DNA of 64,000 nucleotides from Salpingoeca rosetta (lineage: Eukaryota; Protista; Choanoflagellata): NCBI GenBank assembly GCA_033442325.1, contig JAWQFM010000012.1:1008949-1072948 (forward strand), in the 5' to 3' direction. The notes under the pieces were generated by a model that worked only from the letters and a program-made list of their open reading frames with translations, ran no database searches and was not told the origin of the DNA. The first letter of the stretch is position 1, and each line of letters starts with the position of its first letter. This document shows, one piece after another, positions 1 to 12,105 of the stretch. The position numbers and the translations under genes are program-made.

Positions 1-1118
1 CCCAAGACCCAAGGACCCCAAGACACCAAGACCCAAGAGACCCAAGACACCGCCGACCAAGATGAGACCCCCAAGACCCAAGGACCCCAGGACACCACCG
101 ACCAAGATGAGACCCCCAAGACCCAAGGACACCAAGACACCAAGACCCAAGAGACCCAAGACACCGACCTCAGCGACCAACCACCCTCCACGGACAACGC
201 GACCATCAACCTCGTGAGCGCCAGGCGGATAGCCAAGGACCTGCGAGGGTCAGGAGTCGACGCAGCCTTCGTCCTTGTGCTCTCCATGGACACCACACCG
301 TCACCCAGTGAGGACCCACGCACCAACGCCTTATTAGAGGAGTTCGCCGACGTGTTCCCCGAAGAGCTTCCAGGACTGCCGCCCCGCCGCGATATCGACC
401 ATGCCATCGACCTCAAGCCCGGAGCCACGCCCCCCTCCAAGGCACCCTACCGCCTGTCAACGGACGAATTGAAGGAACTACGCACCCAACTCGACGAACT
501 CCTCGCCAAAGGCCTCATTGAGGCCAGCACAAGTCCTTACGGCGCCCCCATCCTCTTCGTCAAGAAGAAGGATGGGACCCGAAGGATGTGCATCGACTAC
601 CGACAGCTGAATGCCCAGACAGTCAAGGACTCGTACCCTCTTCCCCTCATCGATGACATCATCGACAGTCTCTGCGACGCCCGCATCTTCTCAACTCTCG
701 ACATGCGCGCCGGTTATCATCAGGTGCGCATCCGCGCCGGGGACGAGGACAAGACGACCTTTCGCACTCGCTACGGCACCTTCCGATTCCTTGTGCTGCC
801 CTTTGGCTTGACCAACGCACCCCCGACCTTCCAACGCCTCGTCAACAACGTCTTCAAGCAGGAAATGGACAAGTTCATGGCACCCTACATCGACGACCTC
901 GTCATCTACTCCAAGAATGAGAAAGACCATGAGCAGCACCTCCGTCAGGTATTGCAGAAGCTCCGCGACCATCGACTGTACTGCAAGGGGAGCAAGTGTC
1001 ACCTGTTCCAGACGGAGGTGGAGTTCCTAGGCTTCATCGTGGGAAAGGGCCACCTCAAGATGGACCCTGCCAAGAGGGACGCCGCCGAGAAATGGTCGAC
1101 ACGCCAGAGAAAAACCAA
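1..1118 (+). CDS. pol: Retrotransposon Pol, repetitive linker plus reverse transcriptase (partial, ends at N gap)
   Basis: Frame 1 is open from base 1. Gypsy RT motifs: SPYGAPILFVKKKDG, RMCIDYRQLN, DMRAGYHQ, LPFGLTNAP, YIDD, VEFLG. RNase H is expected in the gap. Confidence 0.95.
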
Positions 1119-1539
1119 NNNNNNNNNNNNNNNNNNNNNNNNNNNNNNNNNNNNNNNNNNNNNNNNNNNNNNNNNNNNNNNNNNNNNNNNNNNNNNNNNN
1201 NNNNNNNNNNNNNNNNNNNNNNNNNNNNNNNNNNNNNNNNNNNNNNNNNNNNNNNNNNNNNNNNNNNNNNNNNNNNNNNNNNNNNNNNNNNNNNNNNNNN
1301 NNNNNNNNNNNNNNNNNNNNNNNNNNNNNNNNNNNNNNNNNNNNNNNNNNNNNNNNNNNNNNNNNNNNNNNNNNNNNNNNNNNNNNNNNNNNNNNNNNNN
1401 NNNNNNNNNNNNNNNNNNNNNNNNNNNNNNNNNNNNNNNNNNNNNNNNNNNNNNNNNNNNNNNNNNNNNNNNNNNNNNNNNNNNNNNNNNNNNNNNNNNN
1501 NNNNNNNNNNNNNNNNNNNNNNNNNNNNNNNNNNNNNNN
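1119..1539. other. Assembly gap (N run)
   Basis: 421 N bases. Confidence 1.
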
Positions 1540-1540
1540 G

Positions 1541-2860
1541 GCACGCGTGCCGCTTCTGGCTGAGTTCCACGACACTCCGACAGCGGGCCACCAAGGAATT
1601 CACCGCACCCACGAGGCGCTAGCGCGCCACTTCTACTGGCCCCGGATGCGGCGGGACGTGGAGCGCTATGTGCGGAGCTGCAAATCCTGCCAGCGCCACA
1701 AGCCGAGACAGGGCGCTGCCCCTGGTCCCCTGCAGCCCCTACCCGTTCCCCGAGAACCCTGGACCGATATCAGCCTCGACCTCGTCACCGGACTACCCAG
1801 GACCAGGACAGGACAGGACGCCATCGTGGTCTTCGTCGACAGGCTGACTAAACGGTGTCACCTGGCGGCGACTACTAGCAAGTGCACGGGCCGAGACGTG
1901 GCCAAGCTGTTCATCTCCCACGTGTTCCGACACCATGGACTTCCTGCCAGAGTTGTGTCTGATCGAGATCCCCGTTTCACCGGCGCCTTCTGGAAGGAGA
2001 CCTTCCGCTTGCTGGGGTCCCGACTTCAATTCTCCACATCGCAGCACCCGCAGACCGACGGCCAAACAGAAAGGACGAACCGCACCATGGAGCAGACCCT
2101 CCGCCACTACGTCAACTACCGCATGGACAACTGGGACTCACTCCTCCCCGTGGTAGAGTTCGCCCTTAACAACAGCAAGAGCGACTCCACGGGCCAGTCT
2201 CCGTTCTTCCTAGAGACGGGCCGACACCCGATTATCCCAGCTACACTCGTCACTCGCCAGGCCATACGCCGCACGGACACACCTGCAGCCGAGGACTTCG
2301 TGGTGCGCCTCAAGAGCATCATCACCGCCGCAAGAGACGCCCTCGCCCAGGCACAGGACAAGCAGAAGAGGTACGCCGACCAGCGCCGCAGCGACGACAT
2401 CAAATATAGTCCCGGCGATCAGGCATGGGTCACCGCTGACCTCTTCGTCGACCAGGCCAACCAGCGACGACCCAAGGACAAGCTGAAGCCCCGCTGGCAA
2501 GGCCCCTTCACCGTCATCGGCATGCCTTCGCGCACTACCGTGCGACTCCGGTTCCCCAGCCACGTGCGGGCGCACCCGGTCGTCAACGTCACCAAGACCA
2601 AGCCGTGTGTCAACAACCCGTCAGACTTCAACGCACGCCCCAATGACGAACCACCACCCCTGCCGGACGGCGAATCAGACGAATACGAGGTGGAACGCAT
2701 CCTCGACGAGCGAGTCCGACGCGGCAAGAGGCAGTACCTGATCAAGTGGGCCGGCTACGACATCAACGACAGCACCTGGATCAACGAAGACCAGCTCACC
2801 CGCGACGTGCGTACACTGATCATGGAGTGGCATCAGGCTTCGCGCAACGCAGCGGCTTGA
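1541..2860 (+). CDS. pol: Retrotransposon integrase (HHCC zinc finger, DDE core) with C-terminal chromodomain
   Basis: HDTPTAGH...CKSCQ zinc finger. ISLDLV / VSDRD / DGQTERTN catalytic core. WQGPF (GPY/F) motif. Chromodomain EYEVERILDERVRRGKRQYLIKWAGYDINDSTW. Stop TGA at 2858-2860. Confidence 0.95.
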   Translation, partial: ARVPLLAEFHDTPTAGHQGIHRTHEALARHFYWPRMRRDVERYVRSCKSCQRHKPRQGAAPGPLQPLPVPREPWTDISLDLVTGLPRTRTGQDAIVVFVDRLTKRCHLAATTSKCTGRDVAKLFISHVFRHHGLPARVVSDRDPRFTGAFWKETFRLLGSRLQFSTSQHPQTDGQTERTNRTMEQTLRHYVNYRMDNWDSLLPVVEFALNNSKSDSTGQSPFFLETGRHPIIPATLVTRQAIRRTDTPAAEDFVVRLKSIITAARDALAQAQDKQKRYADQRRSDDIKYSPGDQAWVTADLFVDQANQRRPKDKLKPRWQGPFTVIGMPSRTTVRLRFPSHVRAHPVVNVTKTKPCVNNPSDFNARPNDEPPPLPDGESDEYEVERILDERVRRGKRQYLIKWAGYDINDSTWINEDQLTRDVRTLIMEWHQASRNAAA

Positions 2861-2875
2861 GGGCAAGCCGTTTTT

Positions 2876-2889
2876 AGAGAGGGGGAAGG
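2876..2889 (+). promoter_or_regulatory. Polypurine tract (PPT) of the LTR retrotransposon
   Basis: AGAGAGGGGGAAGG lies just after the pol stop and immediately before TGTAAC. Confidence 0.85.
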
Positions 2890-3214
2890 TGTAACGTCGC
2901 TCGCCTGTCTCTCTCTGTCTCTCCCCTCTGCCTCTCCGACTCCCTTACCCACTGCACCTTGTCCCGCTGTGTTCCCCTGTTTCCCCCCTTCTCGCCCTTC
3001 GAGGCACCGTATTGCTCTGGATGTTCTTTGTTCTCCTAATGTTCTGATGTCATGTTTAGTCTGATTGACGTCATGTTTAACTCGTGAGTGTCGTATAGTA
3101 GCGTTTGCCTGTGTCGCGTCACGCCGTGCCCAGTGCCTCGGAACCGCTTGCCTCTCGGCGGCGATCCCGAGCCCTTGGCACGGTACCGTCATCAACTAAG
3201 ATGACGGCACGACA
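2890..3214 (+). repeat. 3' LTR (end approximate)
   Basis: Starts TGTAAC right after the PPT. Candidate end ...CACGACA at 3214, just after a hairpin at 3186-3207. No second LTR copy is in the window to confirm the end. Confidence 0.6.
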
Positions 3215-3555
3215 CATGCCTGCATGCTGTGTTACGTCTGTTGCCCTTGTCTCTTGTTTTCCCCCTTGCTTAACCACAAGCACCCCTCTTGTTGCCTGCT
3301 AGCACGTGTGTGTTGCCCTGCACCCTGTTGTCGCTTATCTCACGTGATTGTCTGTGCCTTGTTCAGTTCTTTTGTTCCCTGGTTTACTTCGCATCAGTAC
3401 ACAGAACAAGCCACCGACACACCTCGACCACAGTCCCGTCACAAGGTGCGTCTTTCAACACATTGACACTCAGTAACACGCATGAACATGGTGAGGCTGA
3501 CACGCAATCTTGTTTGGCAAGCACCCACACTGATACAATCTGCATCGTCTTTCAG

Positions 3556-4204
3556 GCCCTTGTAGTGGGCGCTGAGGGAAGGTGCAACGACAATCTCGTG
3601 TTGTCAAGGTCCAGGCTGAGCGACCTTCTTCCGGAGGGATGCTTCGGGTTATTTGATGCTTGCATGGGACCTCAACTGCGCAGATGGCTGACCCCGTACC
3701 CCGGAAAGTACCACCCATCACAGTTTGCAACTAACCCTGCAACAGCAACAGAGCTCTTTAACAAGAGGCACTGCAGGTTGCGTTCCAAGGTTGAGCGCGC
3801 CATCGGGATTCTCAAGCAACGGTTTCAGATCCTCGGCCCAAAGACAAGCAGGTATGCACAAGCGTCGCGCAATCAAACGCATTCACAACACTTGCACACG
3901 ACACTCGTACACAAGCACACGCACGCACGACACCCATGTACACGAACGACACTCGTGCACATTCTCATTCGCTGCTACCAACAGGATGTCTATTGAACGA
4001 ATGGAGCTGCTTATTCTTGCGTGCGGGCACCTCTACAATTTCATAGGCGTCACACCCGCAGACATTGACGAGGCGCCGGACCTCCAGCCACCCGATCAAG
4101 TCGATGCAGGCGAGGAGCATCAAGTGTCGAACGCGGCAAAGGCATGGCGCAACAGCCTCCGCGCTGCATGCTGGGCGCAGCGTTCGAAGTACTTGCCTCA
4201 GTGA
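3556..4204 (+). CDS. PIF/Harbinger DDE transposase (DDE_Tnp_4/HARBI1-like), C-terminal exons 3556-3851 and 3985-4204; N-terminus not found
   Basis: Motifs GAEGRCND, LFDACM, LTPYPGKYH, ELFNKRHCRLRSKVERAIGILKQRFQIL and LILACGHLYNF match the Harbinger consensus (GWEGSAHD, DAGY, ELFNxRHSSLRxxIERxFGxLKxRFxIL, IIxACxxLHNF). GT-AG intron 3852-3984 keeps the frame. Confidence 0.85.
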
Positions 4205-4422
4205 TTGCGTTGTGTGCTTGTGATTGTATGCTTTAAGCAATGACGTGCGAAGTTCTCGTTGTTGTGTACTCTCGCGTAATGACCAGAACAAACAGCGAGC
4301 AGCAATACAAGCGCCATGCACGACAGCAATTGAGAAGCGCGAAGGAGATTGGAGAACAGAGGGGTATCACCAAAGCAGGGTGCCCGATGACGAGCAGAAA
4401 CACGCAGTGACGCTGATTGGTT

Positions 4423-4851
4423 TCAGCTGCGCTCTCGAGCTAAAGTGGGTTTAAGCAACTCCACCAGGGCCTCGAGTCCCTCCTTCATGGCGGAACGCAC
4501 TCCCTCCGCAACGCCTTTCTTCACCTCTTCAACCAGTACCTTGTGACTCTCTTCAGCCTTTGCATCCGCCTCTCTCTTCCACCGTTCAATTCGCTCCTCT
4601 CGGTCCTTGGCACGCTTGGTCATCTCTCGAACGTCGTCGGCAAGAGCGTCAACAACTTGTGCACGCTTGTATGAGCCAACGCGCCGGCCGCGTCTTGTGG
4701 GAGTCCGAGGGCGGGATGCAGACACTTCGAGACGAACAATTGGCTCGACCCGTGAGGCTGTAGGTGTAAACAGCAGAACATCACACAATGATTATGAGTG
4801 CAAGTGCAGTTCAGGCGCAACCACGCATGCACTCAAATACTTACACGAACA

Positions 4852-4907
<56 letters not shown>

Positions 4908-5818
4908 GAGACAGAGAGTGAGAGCGCGAGAGACAGAGAGAGAGTGAGAGAGACAATAGATCGAACCTGTTGGCACCTTCCCATCGAGCAGCCTCGTCAG
5001 AGGCTCCATCAGCGCCATCCGCCGCAGCTTGTCTGCCAACCGCGCTTTTTTCTGGAATTCATCAGCGTTGAGGTGACCTGCCAAGCGCACAGCCTCGACG
5101 TAGGTGCGTGTTTGAGGCGGTGTAATGCCAGAGCGGTTGTAGAGCTTGTCATGGACATCCTTTGCTGCCTTCCACTCCTTGGTGAGCGCGTCAAACTTTG
5201 ACTTCGCCTTTCTCCCTGCAATCGAGCATGTATCATACCATAGAAGTGCATGAGTCCACATTAGACCAGACACCACAAGACAACCCAAGCCATCAACACA
5301 CAGAGATGCGTGCAACATTGAGCTCAGAGGCACACACGCTCAAGTCGCCACACACCACTTGCGTCGCCGATCATGATTTGCTCCACGTTTGCCCATTCCG
5401 CCTTCGTCAGCGACACTCCGTCACAGCCACTCTCTGACACTGCGTTCGCGACAGTGTTCACAAGCTTCAGACACGCAGCTGCGTCCCATGTGAAGTAGGA
5501 AGATGGCTTCTCGTCAAGCTTCGATGGCGACTGCGTCTCAGACCGCTCACGTGTGTGCGGGGAACGAGGTTCCGTCATCTCAAGCTGCGACTCAAGGAGG
5601 TTCGGTGAGTTGTAGTGGCCACCCGAGAGCTGCTGGGGCTGTACGACGTGCTGCATACCTGCAAACATGTCACCAACAAGCGTGTCTGGTACACTCTGAA
5701 GCGTGAACTGCGAAGCACTTGATGAGGTACTCTGCGTCTCCGGTACAGGAACGAAGGAAGCTTGTACGGTAGACCCTACCATCGCAGGATCGCTTGAGGT
5801 CGTACGCTCAGCGTTCAT
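4423..5818 (-). CDS. Myb/SANT-like (trihelix/MADF-type) DNA-binding protein, Harbinger ORF1-like; exons ~5818-5357, 5215-4967, 4757-4423
   Basis: FTWDAAACLKLV...EWANVEQIM | RKAKSKFDALTKEWK Trp pattern, C-terminal coiled coil, in-frame phase-1 GT-AG introns, convergent with the transposase. Confidence 0.7.
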
Positions 5819-6063
5819 GGTTGTTGCGAACAAGCACCTTGGCGCGAAAACTGAAGCATGTCTGGCAAGAATTTGTCGTCCTCAGCACAAGCACGTTAAA
5901 CTCGAATTTTATTGCTTGGCACTGACTTCAGTGGAGTCGCATTGATTCACTATCCGGCAAGCGCAAAGCAAATTTTTCCCTGGATTTGCTCTCACCGGAA
6001 AGCGCAAATACGAGCACCACCCGCGCTGACTGACGTGAAGCGCAGTCAACCAAGAACGACGCG

Positions 6064-6695
6064 ATGACGACGCCAGGAGGGGAAGAGCGGGTGTCCGACG
6101 CCGACGTGGAACGCGTTGTGTGGCAATACTTCAGACAAAAGAACTACAAAGTATGAGTGTGTGTGTGTGTGTTTGCTGGATCGCGTGTTCCGTCTTTGGT
6201 GCACACCAATGCACACACACACATACACATGCGCACATACACATGCACACGTGTGTATGATGATGCTGGGTTGATGCTTTCCCACTCACACCCCAACCCC
6301 ACGCACTCCACGCCCGCTCGCTTGCAGCATGCGCTGGAAGGGCTGGTCAAGGATGCAGCGTCTTTGCCATTTGCCAGGCTCGATGAAGGAGAAGAGGCAC
6401 CGGAAACCTTTATCAAGAACGAATTGGCGGCCGTTGTCCAGTGCGTTCGCACACCTTTGCTATGCTCTGTCCTCAGTCGTGTTGTGTTTGTCTTGGTGTT
6501 GGTTTCAATACGCACTTCCTCTGCACGATCATCACCCCACCTCACACACACACACACACGCATGCACACACACACACACACGCATGCACACGCACACACA
6601 CATGCACACGCACACACATGCATGCGGTAGGAATGCCACGCCAGCGGAAATCAGTCAAGCATACGCAAAGTGAGCTCGGGCAAAGTCGCACAGGA

Positions 6696-6760
<65 letters not shown>

Positions 6761-8317
6761 CGTGTGGTCTTCAATGAATCCCCTGTCTGCTTGTGGCCTG
6801 CCTTATGTCTCTGCTCCAACTCATTGTTGTTCTCCCTGGCCATTGTCATCAACAGCCTGACAAAGTGGATTGCCAATTCATTGGACTTGTACAAGGTATG
6901 GTCGTGTAGCGAATGTGCGCCACATTGCATATGCTCTGCAAGCTGCCAACACCCACATCATGTCTCAAACTCACAGCTCCTCTCTGCTTCTCTTCGTTTG
7001 TTCCACTCCCTTTGTCTCACCCATGGTCGTGTTAGAACGAGCTGAACACCGTGACCTACCCCGTATTCGTGCACTGCTACCTGGACCTGCTGTATCGTGG
7101 CTACGACGAAGCCGGTGCGTGTATGCGCCGTGTGACAGCATGTGACAGCATGTGGTACCGCATACACCTTCTTGCTGCATGCGGCACGCTTATACACACT
7201 GGCTCTCATCACACAACACACACACACACAACGCACGCACACACACACAACGCACACTGGCTCACATCACACACACACACACACATCACACACGCATGCA
7301 CACACAACACACACTCATACATGCGCATTTACCCGCACCACATGCTCACATGCACGCGACGCTGCTGCTGTTGCTGCTGCTGCCGTTTCGATATGTGACA
7401 CAGCCAAGCAGTTTATGCTGGACTACCACCACCACCACCGGGACTTGCACGATCTTGAACTGCAACAGATCATGGCCGTCACCTCTCTCGAACACATGAA
7501 GACAAACGACACCGTCCGCATGTTCAGGTGCCCGCGGCTGCGCTGTGTCGTGCAAGACGCGGGGGGGGGGGAGGGTGAGGAGCGGTGTGACCACGTGTGC
7601 ATATTTGCATATGCATGCGCGTGTGAACACGTGTGTGTTCATGTACGTTTTCAAAGTTTATGTACAACAATGCAGTCTCATGCCATGCTTGCGTTACACG
7701 TTCCACATGCGTGTCTGCATCTGGCTTCAGGGCAAATAAATACAAGGTGCACCTCTGCAACTACTCCTGGGAGCTGCTGCTGGGGTTTGTGCAGGAGCAC
7801 AAGTACAACTTCCTCCTGCGCATCATCAACCAACATCTGTCCATCACCTTCCACACGGGAAAACCGTCACAGCGCATTGACGTCGGCACTATTGGGCACG
7901 CCGTCGGCTCAGGTCCACTCTATGTCGTGTGGTGTGGTGTGGTGTGGTGTGGTGTGGTGTGTTGAGTTGCACATGTGTTCGTGTGCGCGTCCGGTTTTGT
8001 TATCGTTGTTCCGCAGTTCTGAGCGTCTTTGGTTTCTTCACAACATGTCAATTCTCACCCGTTGGTCCTGGCTGTGCACGTGTACGTGTGTGTGTGTGTG
8101 CAGTGGACCAGCTCAACAGCATCAAAGTGTACTGGGGAACATACCAAGTCGTCGAGGTACTCGGCACCACATCACTGTTCAGCCAATCACCATGACACAC
8201 ACACACACACACAGACACACACACACAGACACACACACACACACACAGACACACACACACAGACGACACACACACACACACACAGACACACACACACAGA
8301 CACACACACACACACAG

Positions 8318-8350
<33 letters not shown>

Positions 8351-9070
8351 CACACAAACGGTCACACACACGCACACACACAAACGGTCACACACATGCA
8401 CACACACATGCGCTCATTTATTCCTTTTCTCGTGCCCACCTCCACCACCACCACCACCACCACCACCGCCACCATCACCACTCGCGCTTGGTTCAGGATC
8501 CTGATGAGATGGAGGGAGAGGGGATGGACACAGCGGACGACGCGGGGGAGGGCGAAGGGAAGAGCGAAGCAGGTGGTGAACAGGCAGCAAAGAAGGCAAA
8601 AACAGGCGCAGGGGACAAAGGGAAGGATAAGGAGGGGGACAGGGGGAAGTCGAAAGCCGCGGAGGATGAAGACGAAGACGCAGAAGGAGAAGAAGGCGCA
8701 AAGGTACGATATTGCGGATGTGCATGTGTGCGTGTGTGTGCGTGCGTATGTTTGCGTTTGTTTGCGTGTGTCCTAGTACCCATTTCGCTCAACGACGCAG
8801 TGCTGTACCTTATCCCATCCCCCCCACCACCACCACCACTACTCATGACATCAACTGCTCTCCCCACCCTTACAGCGGCGGCGACAGCGCAAGAAGCAGC
8901 AGGACCACCCGGACGCCCCACCCGAGGAAATGCGACTCAAGCATCCACCAATGTACGCGGCAGATGGATGGCGATGATGGTGATAATGGTGGTGGTGGTG
9001 GCGGTGGCGGTGGTGAGCGCTCTTGTATGAGGAGAGACAACTTGCACATGCACACACACGTACACACACA

Positions 9071-9107
<37 letters not shown>

Positions 9108-11952
9108 GTACACACACACACACACACGTACACACACACACATATGTACACACACACACACACCTTACCACTAGCCTCACCACCACCACCACCACCACCA
9201 CCACCATCTCCTCATCTCATCCCTTCACCCCTGCACACTGCAGCCGTGGCCGGATGCTGCAGATGCGACTGGAAGCGATGCGTGACGCCCGCCGTCGCGC
9301 CGCCCTCTCTGCAAAGAACCTTCCATCCTGCTGTGCTTACACTTTCTTCAACGCTCTCAAGTCGGTCGCGTGTGTGTGTGTTGTGGTGTGTGTGTTGGTT
9401 TGCGTGCGGTGTCTGTTTCGTTGACACGTTCCACACATGTACGCAGGCACACACACACACACACACACACACTCTCTCTCTCTCTCTCTCTCGCCTTCCC
9501 CCTCACGAGAAACCTGTCTCCTCCATCCACTTTCCCCCATCTCCCTCCTCTCCCTCCATTGCAGGATCACGTGCATTTCATTCTCTGTTGACAGCAAGCT
9601 GATTGCCACGGGCTGCGCTGACAGCTCTGTGCGCGTGTGGACCCTCACCAAGGACAAGCTCATGAAGCTGCTCCCCGGCACAAAACTCGCCGGCTTTGAC
9701 GTTACAGGTGGTCGACCTTGTGCTGTGTGTGTGTGTGTTTGGGAGTTCACTTGTAATGCTTGTTTGCACTGTCACATGCCACACGTCACGTCCTCACTTA
9801 CCCTGGTATGTTGCCGTTGCATACCGTGCTCTTCTCACACCTGCAACCACCCTCCACCACCATCAGCGACAAGCAAGCTCGAGGACTATCTGGACCCGTC
9901 GACGGCGTCGGCAGCGAAGGTGATGCGTGGGCACTCGGGGCCGGTCACGTGCGTCAACTTCAGCCCAGACAACCTCTTCCTCATCTCATCCTCCACAGAC
10001 CACACGAGTCAGTCGCCAGCTTGTGTATGTGTGTGTATGTGTGTGTATGTATGCATGTGTGTGTGCATGTGTGTGTGTGTGTTCGTTTGCGCATGTATGT
10101 GACTTTGTGCACATTTGTGCATGGTGCGACGATCAGCAGCATTCAAAGGGCGCCTCACGTTCCTCATGTTCATGCAACGCCACGCGTTCACGCCAACCTT
10201 GCAACGACAGTCCGCCTGTGGAGTTTGCTGACATACACGAACGTGGTGTGCTACCGCGGCCACAGCTATCCCGTGTGGCACGTCGAGTTCAGCCCGCTCA
10301 ACCTGTACTTTGCGACGGCGAGCTTTGACCACACGGCACGGCTCTGGTCCACCGACCAGGTCTACACCAAACGGGTCTTCGCAGGCCACCTCTCAGATGT
10401 GAACGTGAGTGCACCCACATGTGTACCTGAGGCGAAGTGCTGGGGGTTGTGCATGTGTGTGTATGCATGTATGTACATGCATGTGTGTATGTGCATGTGC
10501 GTGTGACTGCTGCGTGTGTACATTGTGTGTGCGTCTACTCCATGTGTGAATGATGCTCGCATTCAAAGGTTGCACTCGTCCCTTTTCCTCGTCCTGGTGT
10601 TTTATCCGTTGTCACCACTCGATACAATCACCGCGTTCTATGTGCGTGCGCAGTGTGTCAAGTTCCACCCCAACTGCAACTACCTCGCAACGGCGTCCAC
10701 AGACAAGTCGTGCCGCCTCTGGGACATTCAGTCCGGGTCGTGTGTCCGCGTCTTCCAGGGCCACCGGTGAGTGTGCTGCTGCTGTTTTTGTGCTGTTTTT
10801 GGTGCTGCAGTGTTCGTGAATCCATAAATGCATTGAGTTGGTGAGCGCTACCCAACTGCATCGCCAACGTCCATCACTCGCCTACACTCTCTGCTGTCGC
10901 GCAATCTTACGCCATGCGTGTATTGTGCCTGCACGCACGGTTTGCTCTGTCCATGCACGCCAGCGATACCGTTCACGTGCTCGAGTTTACACACGATGGC
11001 CGCTTCCTCGCATCGGGAGGTGCGCACATGCGCTCTCTGTGTGTGTATGTATGTGTATATGTGTGTATGTGTGTGTTTGTGTGTGCGTGCGTGCGTGGGT
11101 ATGTGTGCCTGTGTGTGTGTGTGCGTGTGTGCAAATGCGTGCTCACTTGTTTTCGACAGTGATTTTACATTACTCTCACCAAATCTTGTTTGCACGTGCA
11201 GGCGACGATTGGGACATTATGATTTGGGATCTTGCGAGCGGCTGTCGCGTCAAAGTCTTGCACGGCCACAGGTGAATGCGATGTGTGTGTGTTGCATGTC
11301 TGGTGTGTGTGTGTTGCATGTCTGGTGTGTGTGTGTGTGTGCACGTGACTGCGTCGACTCGTTCATTCGTCTCTTCTCACCGGGCTCGTGCACCCACTGC
11401 ACTCACACCCTCTGCCCCCATAACCGCAAAACGTGTCTGTGTGTGTGTGTGTCTGTGTGTGTGTGTGTCTGTGTGTGTGTGTCTGTGTCTGTGTGTGTGT
11501 CTGTTCTATGTCAACGACAGCGACGTCGTGTACTCGCTCGCATTCAGTCAGGAAGATGGCGTGCTTGCGAGCGGGGGCGCAGACAATACCGTGCGCGTGT
11601 GGGACTGTGAGTTCTTGCAGTCCGCGGCCCAGGCTACGACCACGCTCCACGATGCACCTGACACGCTGCAGCCAGGGTATCGTCACTGCACCGCTCACGC
11701 CATGCTTTGCCTCGCTCTTCCATGGTCCCTCATTCCTGAAGACAACATTGGTATGCCTGTCCGTCTCATTCCTTCATCCATTCACACACACGCACACACA
11801 CACACATCCCATGTGCGTTCTGCAGGGATGCGTCGCCTGAGCTTGCAGCGACGTACTACACCAAGGCGACGCCCGTGTACGCGGTGCACTTTGGATCAAC
11901 CAACTACCTCCTTGCTGCTGGCGTGTTCGTTCCAAACCCAGACAAGCACTGA
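6064..11952 (+). CDS. TAF5: TFIID subunit 5 (LisH, NTD2, WD40 repeats), multi-exon
   Basis: LisH-like VWQYFRQKNYK. NTD2 WIANSLDLYK / YPVFVHCYLDL. LPSCCAYTF. WD40 exons GHSGPVTCVNFSPD, YRGHSYPVWHVEFSP, FHPNCNYLATASTDKSCRLWD. Last exon YYTKATPVYAVHF...LLAAG, stop at 11950-11952. Confidence 0.93.
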
Positions 11953-12051
11953 CATGGCGAATGCATGCTGAGCATTCGAGGAGTGTGCACCCGTCTGCAC
12001 CGCTCCCTCCACGTTCATGCGATACACTGCATCCAAGTGTTGCTGTTTGCT

Positions 12052-12105
<54 letters not shown>

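Larger units (their letters stand above)
1..3214 (+). mobile_element. Ty3/gypsy LTR retrotransposon (chromovirus), 3' portion; 5' part outside window
   Basis: RT followed by integrase and a chromodomain, then a polypurine tract and a TG-starting LTR. Intronless, unlike host genes. The 3' end (~3214) is approximate. Confidence 0.93.

Noticed and set aside
1075-1560. Apparent frameshift between RT and integrase, and odd residues at the RT end
   Set aside because: The region spans an N gap of estimated size with likely low-quality contig ends, so it is not evidence of programmed frameshifting or decay
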